From Chiloscyllium plagiosum (taxonomy: Eukaryota): a DNA stretch of 20,000 bases. The notes under the pieces are model-generated. The model was not told the DNA's origin. It saw nothing but the letters and a program-made list of their open reading frames with translations, and made no database searches. The stretch covers positions 11,271,911-11,291,910 of the forward strand of contig NC_057720.1 in the NCBI RefSeq assembly GCF_004010195.1, read 5' to 3'. Below, piece by piece: positions 19,035 through 20,000 of this stretch. The first letter of the stretch is position 1. Each line of letters begins with the position of its first letter. The translations under genes were made by a program, and so were the position numbers.

Positions 19035-19556
19035 GAACCATCTCCTCTGATTCTGGTTGCACTTCAGCCCCAACGCTCCTGATCTTTGGGCATGCTGGTG
19101 CGGAGGGGAGCGGGCGGGTTGGAGGATCTCCTCATCGGTCTGTTCCAGACAGCAGGCCGTGGAAGGAGTCATTATGGCTGAATGCCTGGCAATCTTCCGT
19201 AGTTATGTTCAGGCCTGGGTGTCCTTGGGGAAGGAGCACGCAGTGTCTACCAATACTCTCTCTACCTATAGGAAGAGGTGGGCATCGCAGAGAGTGGAGT
19301 GCTTAATTTCCCCCTCCAATTCTATTTTGATTTAGTCCCTACCCTCCCCTTCACTTTTTCCACATAAGCGTTGCTCGCTCTGGGCTTTGCTTGTCACTGG
19401 TTTATTGGCCACACGTGTGACTTTCCTGGTGGTGGAATGTTAATAAAGTTATTTTCACTTGGTATTTTCAATGTGTTTTGAAACTACATGCACAGACAAC
19501 ATGGATGCTAGAGAATATTAGCACGAGTGAAGTAACGTAGGGGAGGGGAAAAAGAT
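19035..19556 (+). mobile_element. Second, diverged Tx1-like LINE 3' fragment
   Basis: FWLHFSP/TLLIFGH (frameshifted) and ORF end CLAIFRSYVQAWVSLGKEHAVSTNTLSTYRKRWASQRVECLISPSNSILI* (stop 19333-19335), homologous to 18719-18841; UTR homologous through ttcctggtggtggaa...aataaag. Confidence 0.7.
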
Positions 19557-19560
19557 ACTT

Positions 19561-19654
19561 AACAGGGGATTCAGAATCTCCTCAGTTCAGGGGATTGACT
19601 CTGAGTTGGCTGGCCACAGTTAGTATATTGTGCACAAGTAAATAAAGGGTGACT
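19561..19654 (+). mobile_element. LTR-like segment related to 18315-18594, opposite orientation
   Basis: aacaggggattcaga...ctctgagttggctgg...gtaaataaagggtgact versus minus-strand aacaggagtgtcaga (from 18594) and gtaaataaagcatgacc (18340-18356). Confidence 0.5.
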
Positions 19655-20000
19655 GAGACTCACAGTGTCACAGAGATGTACAGCATGGAAACAGACCCTT
19701 TGGTCCAACTTGTCCATGCTGACCAGATATCCCAACCCTATCTAGTCTCACCTGCCAGCACCCGACCCATATCCCTCCAAACCCTTCCTATTTATATACC
19801 CATCCAAATGCCTCTTAAATGTTGCAATTGTACCAGCCTCCACCACATCCTCTGGCAGCTCATTCCATACACGTACCACTCTCCGCGTGAAAAAGTTGCC
19901 CCGTAGGTCTCTTTTATAACTTTCCCCTCTCACCCTAAACCTATGCCCTCTAGTTATGGACTCCTGACCCAGGGAAAAGACTTTGCCTATTTACCCTATC
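19655..20000 (-). mobile_element. CR1 (HER1-like) LINE 3' end, continues beyond the window
   Basis: ORF 19748-19933 RGESYKRDLRGNFFTRRVVRVWNELPEDVVEAGTIATFKRHLD; near-identical to 1910-2238. Confidence 0.95.

Noticed and set aside
1..20000. CRISPR array, prokaryotic operon or defence system
   Set aside because: No regularly spaced repeats or gene-dense ORFs; content is vertebrate retroelement-derived.

Overview
Eukaryotic, repeat-dense non-coding DNA, most likely from a shark or ray. This is inferred from HE1-type V-SINEs, CR1/HER1-like LINEs and Deu-domain SINEs recognised from memory, not by database search. No host protein-coding exon, RNA gene or CRISPR array is supported; the only recognisable ORFs are decayed LINE ORF2 fragments (CR1, L2, Tx1). 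The window contains about 15 CR1 3' fragments, 5 V-SINEs, several other tRNA-SINE and DeuSINE pieces, L2 relics, Penelope-like fragments with hammerhead-ribozyme motifs, a TA-flanked MITE, solo-LTR candidates and a 500-N gap (4064-4563). Four observations stand out. (1) At 18.3-19.65 kb two diverged Tx1-like LINE tails join the same position of an LTR-like sequence, with signs of 3' transduction and twin priming. (2) A TSD-flanked Penelope-type palindrome at 13.7-13.9 kb carries hammerhead cores. (3) All young CR1 and HE1 copies lie on the minus strand, suggesting an intron of a plus-strand gene. (4) Two repeat-free islands look like conserved enhancers. I see no convincing new biological system; the Tx1/LTR junction is the best lead.
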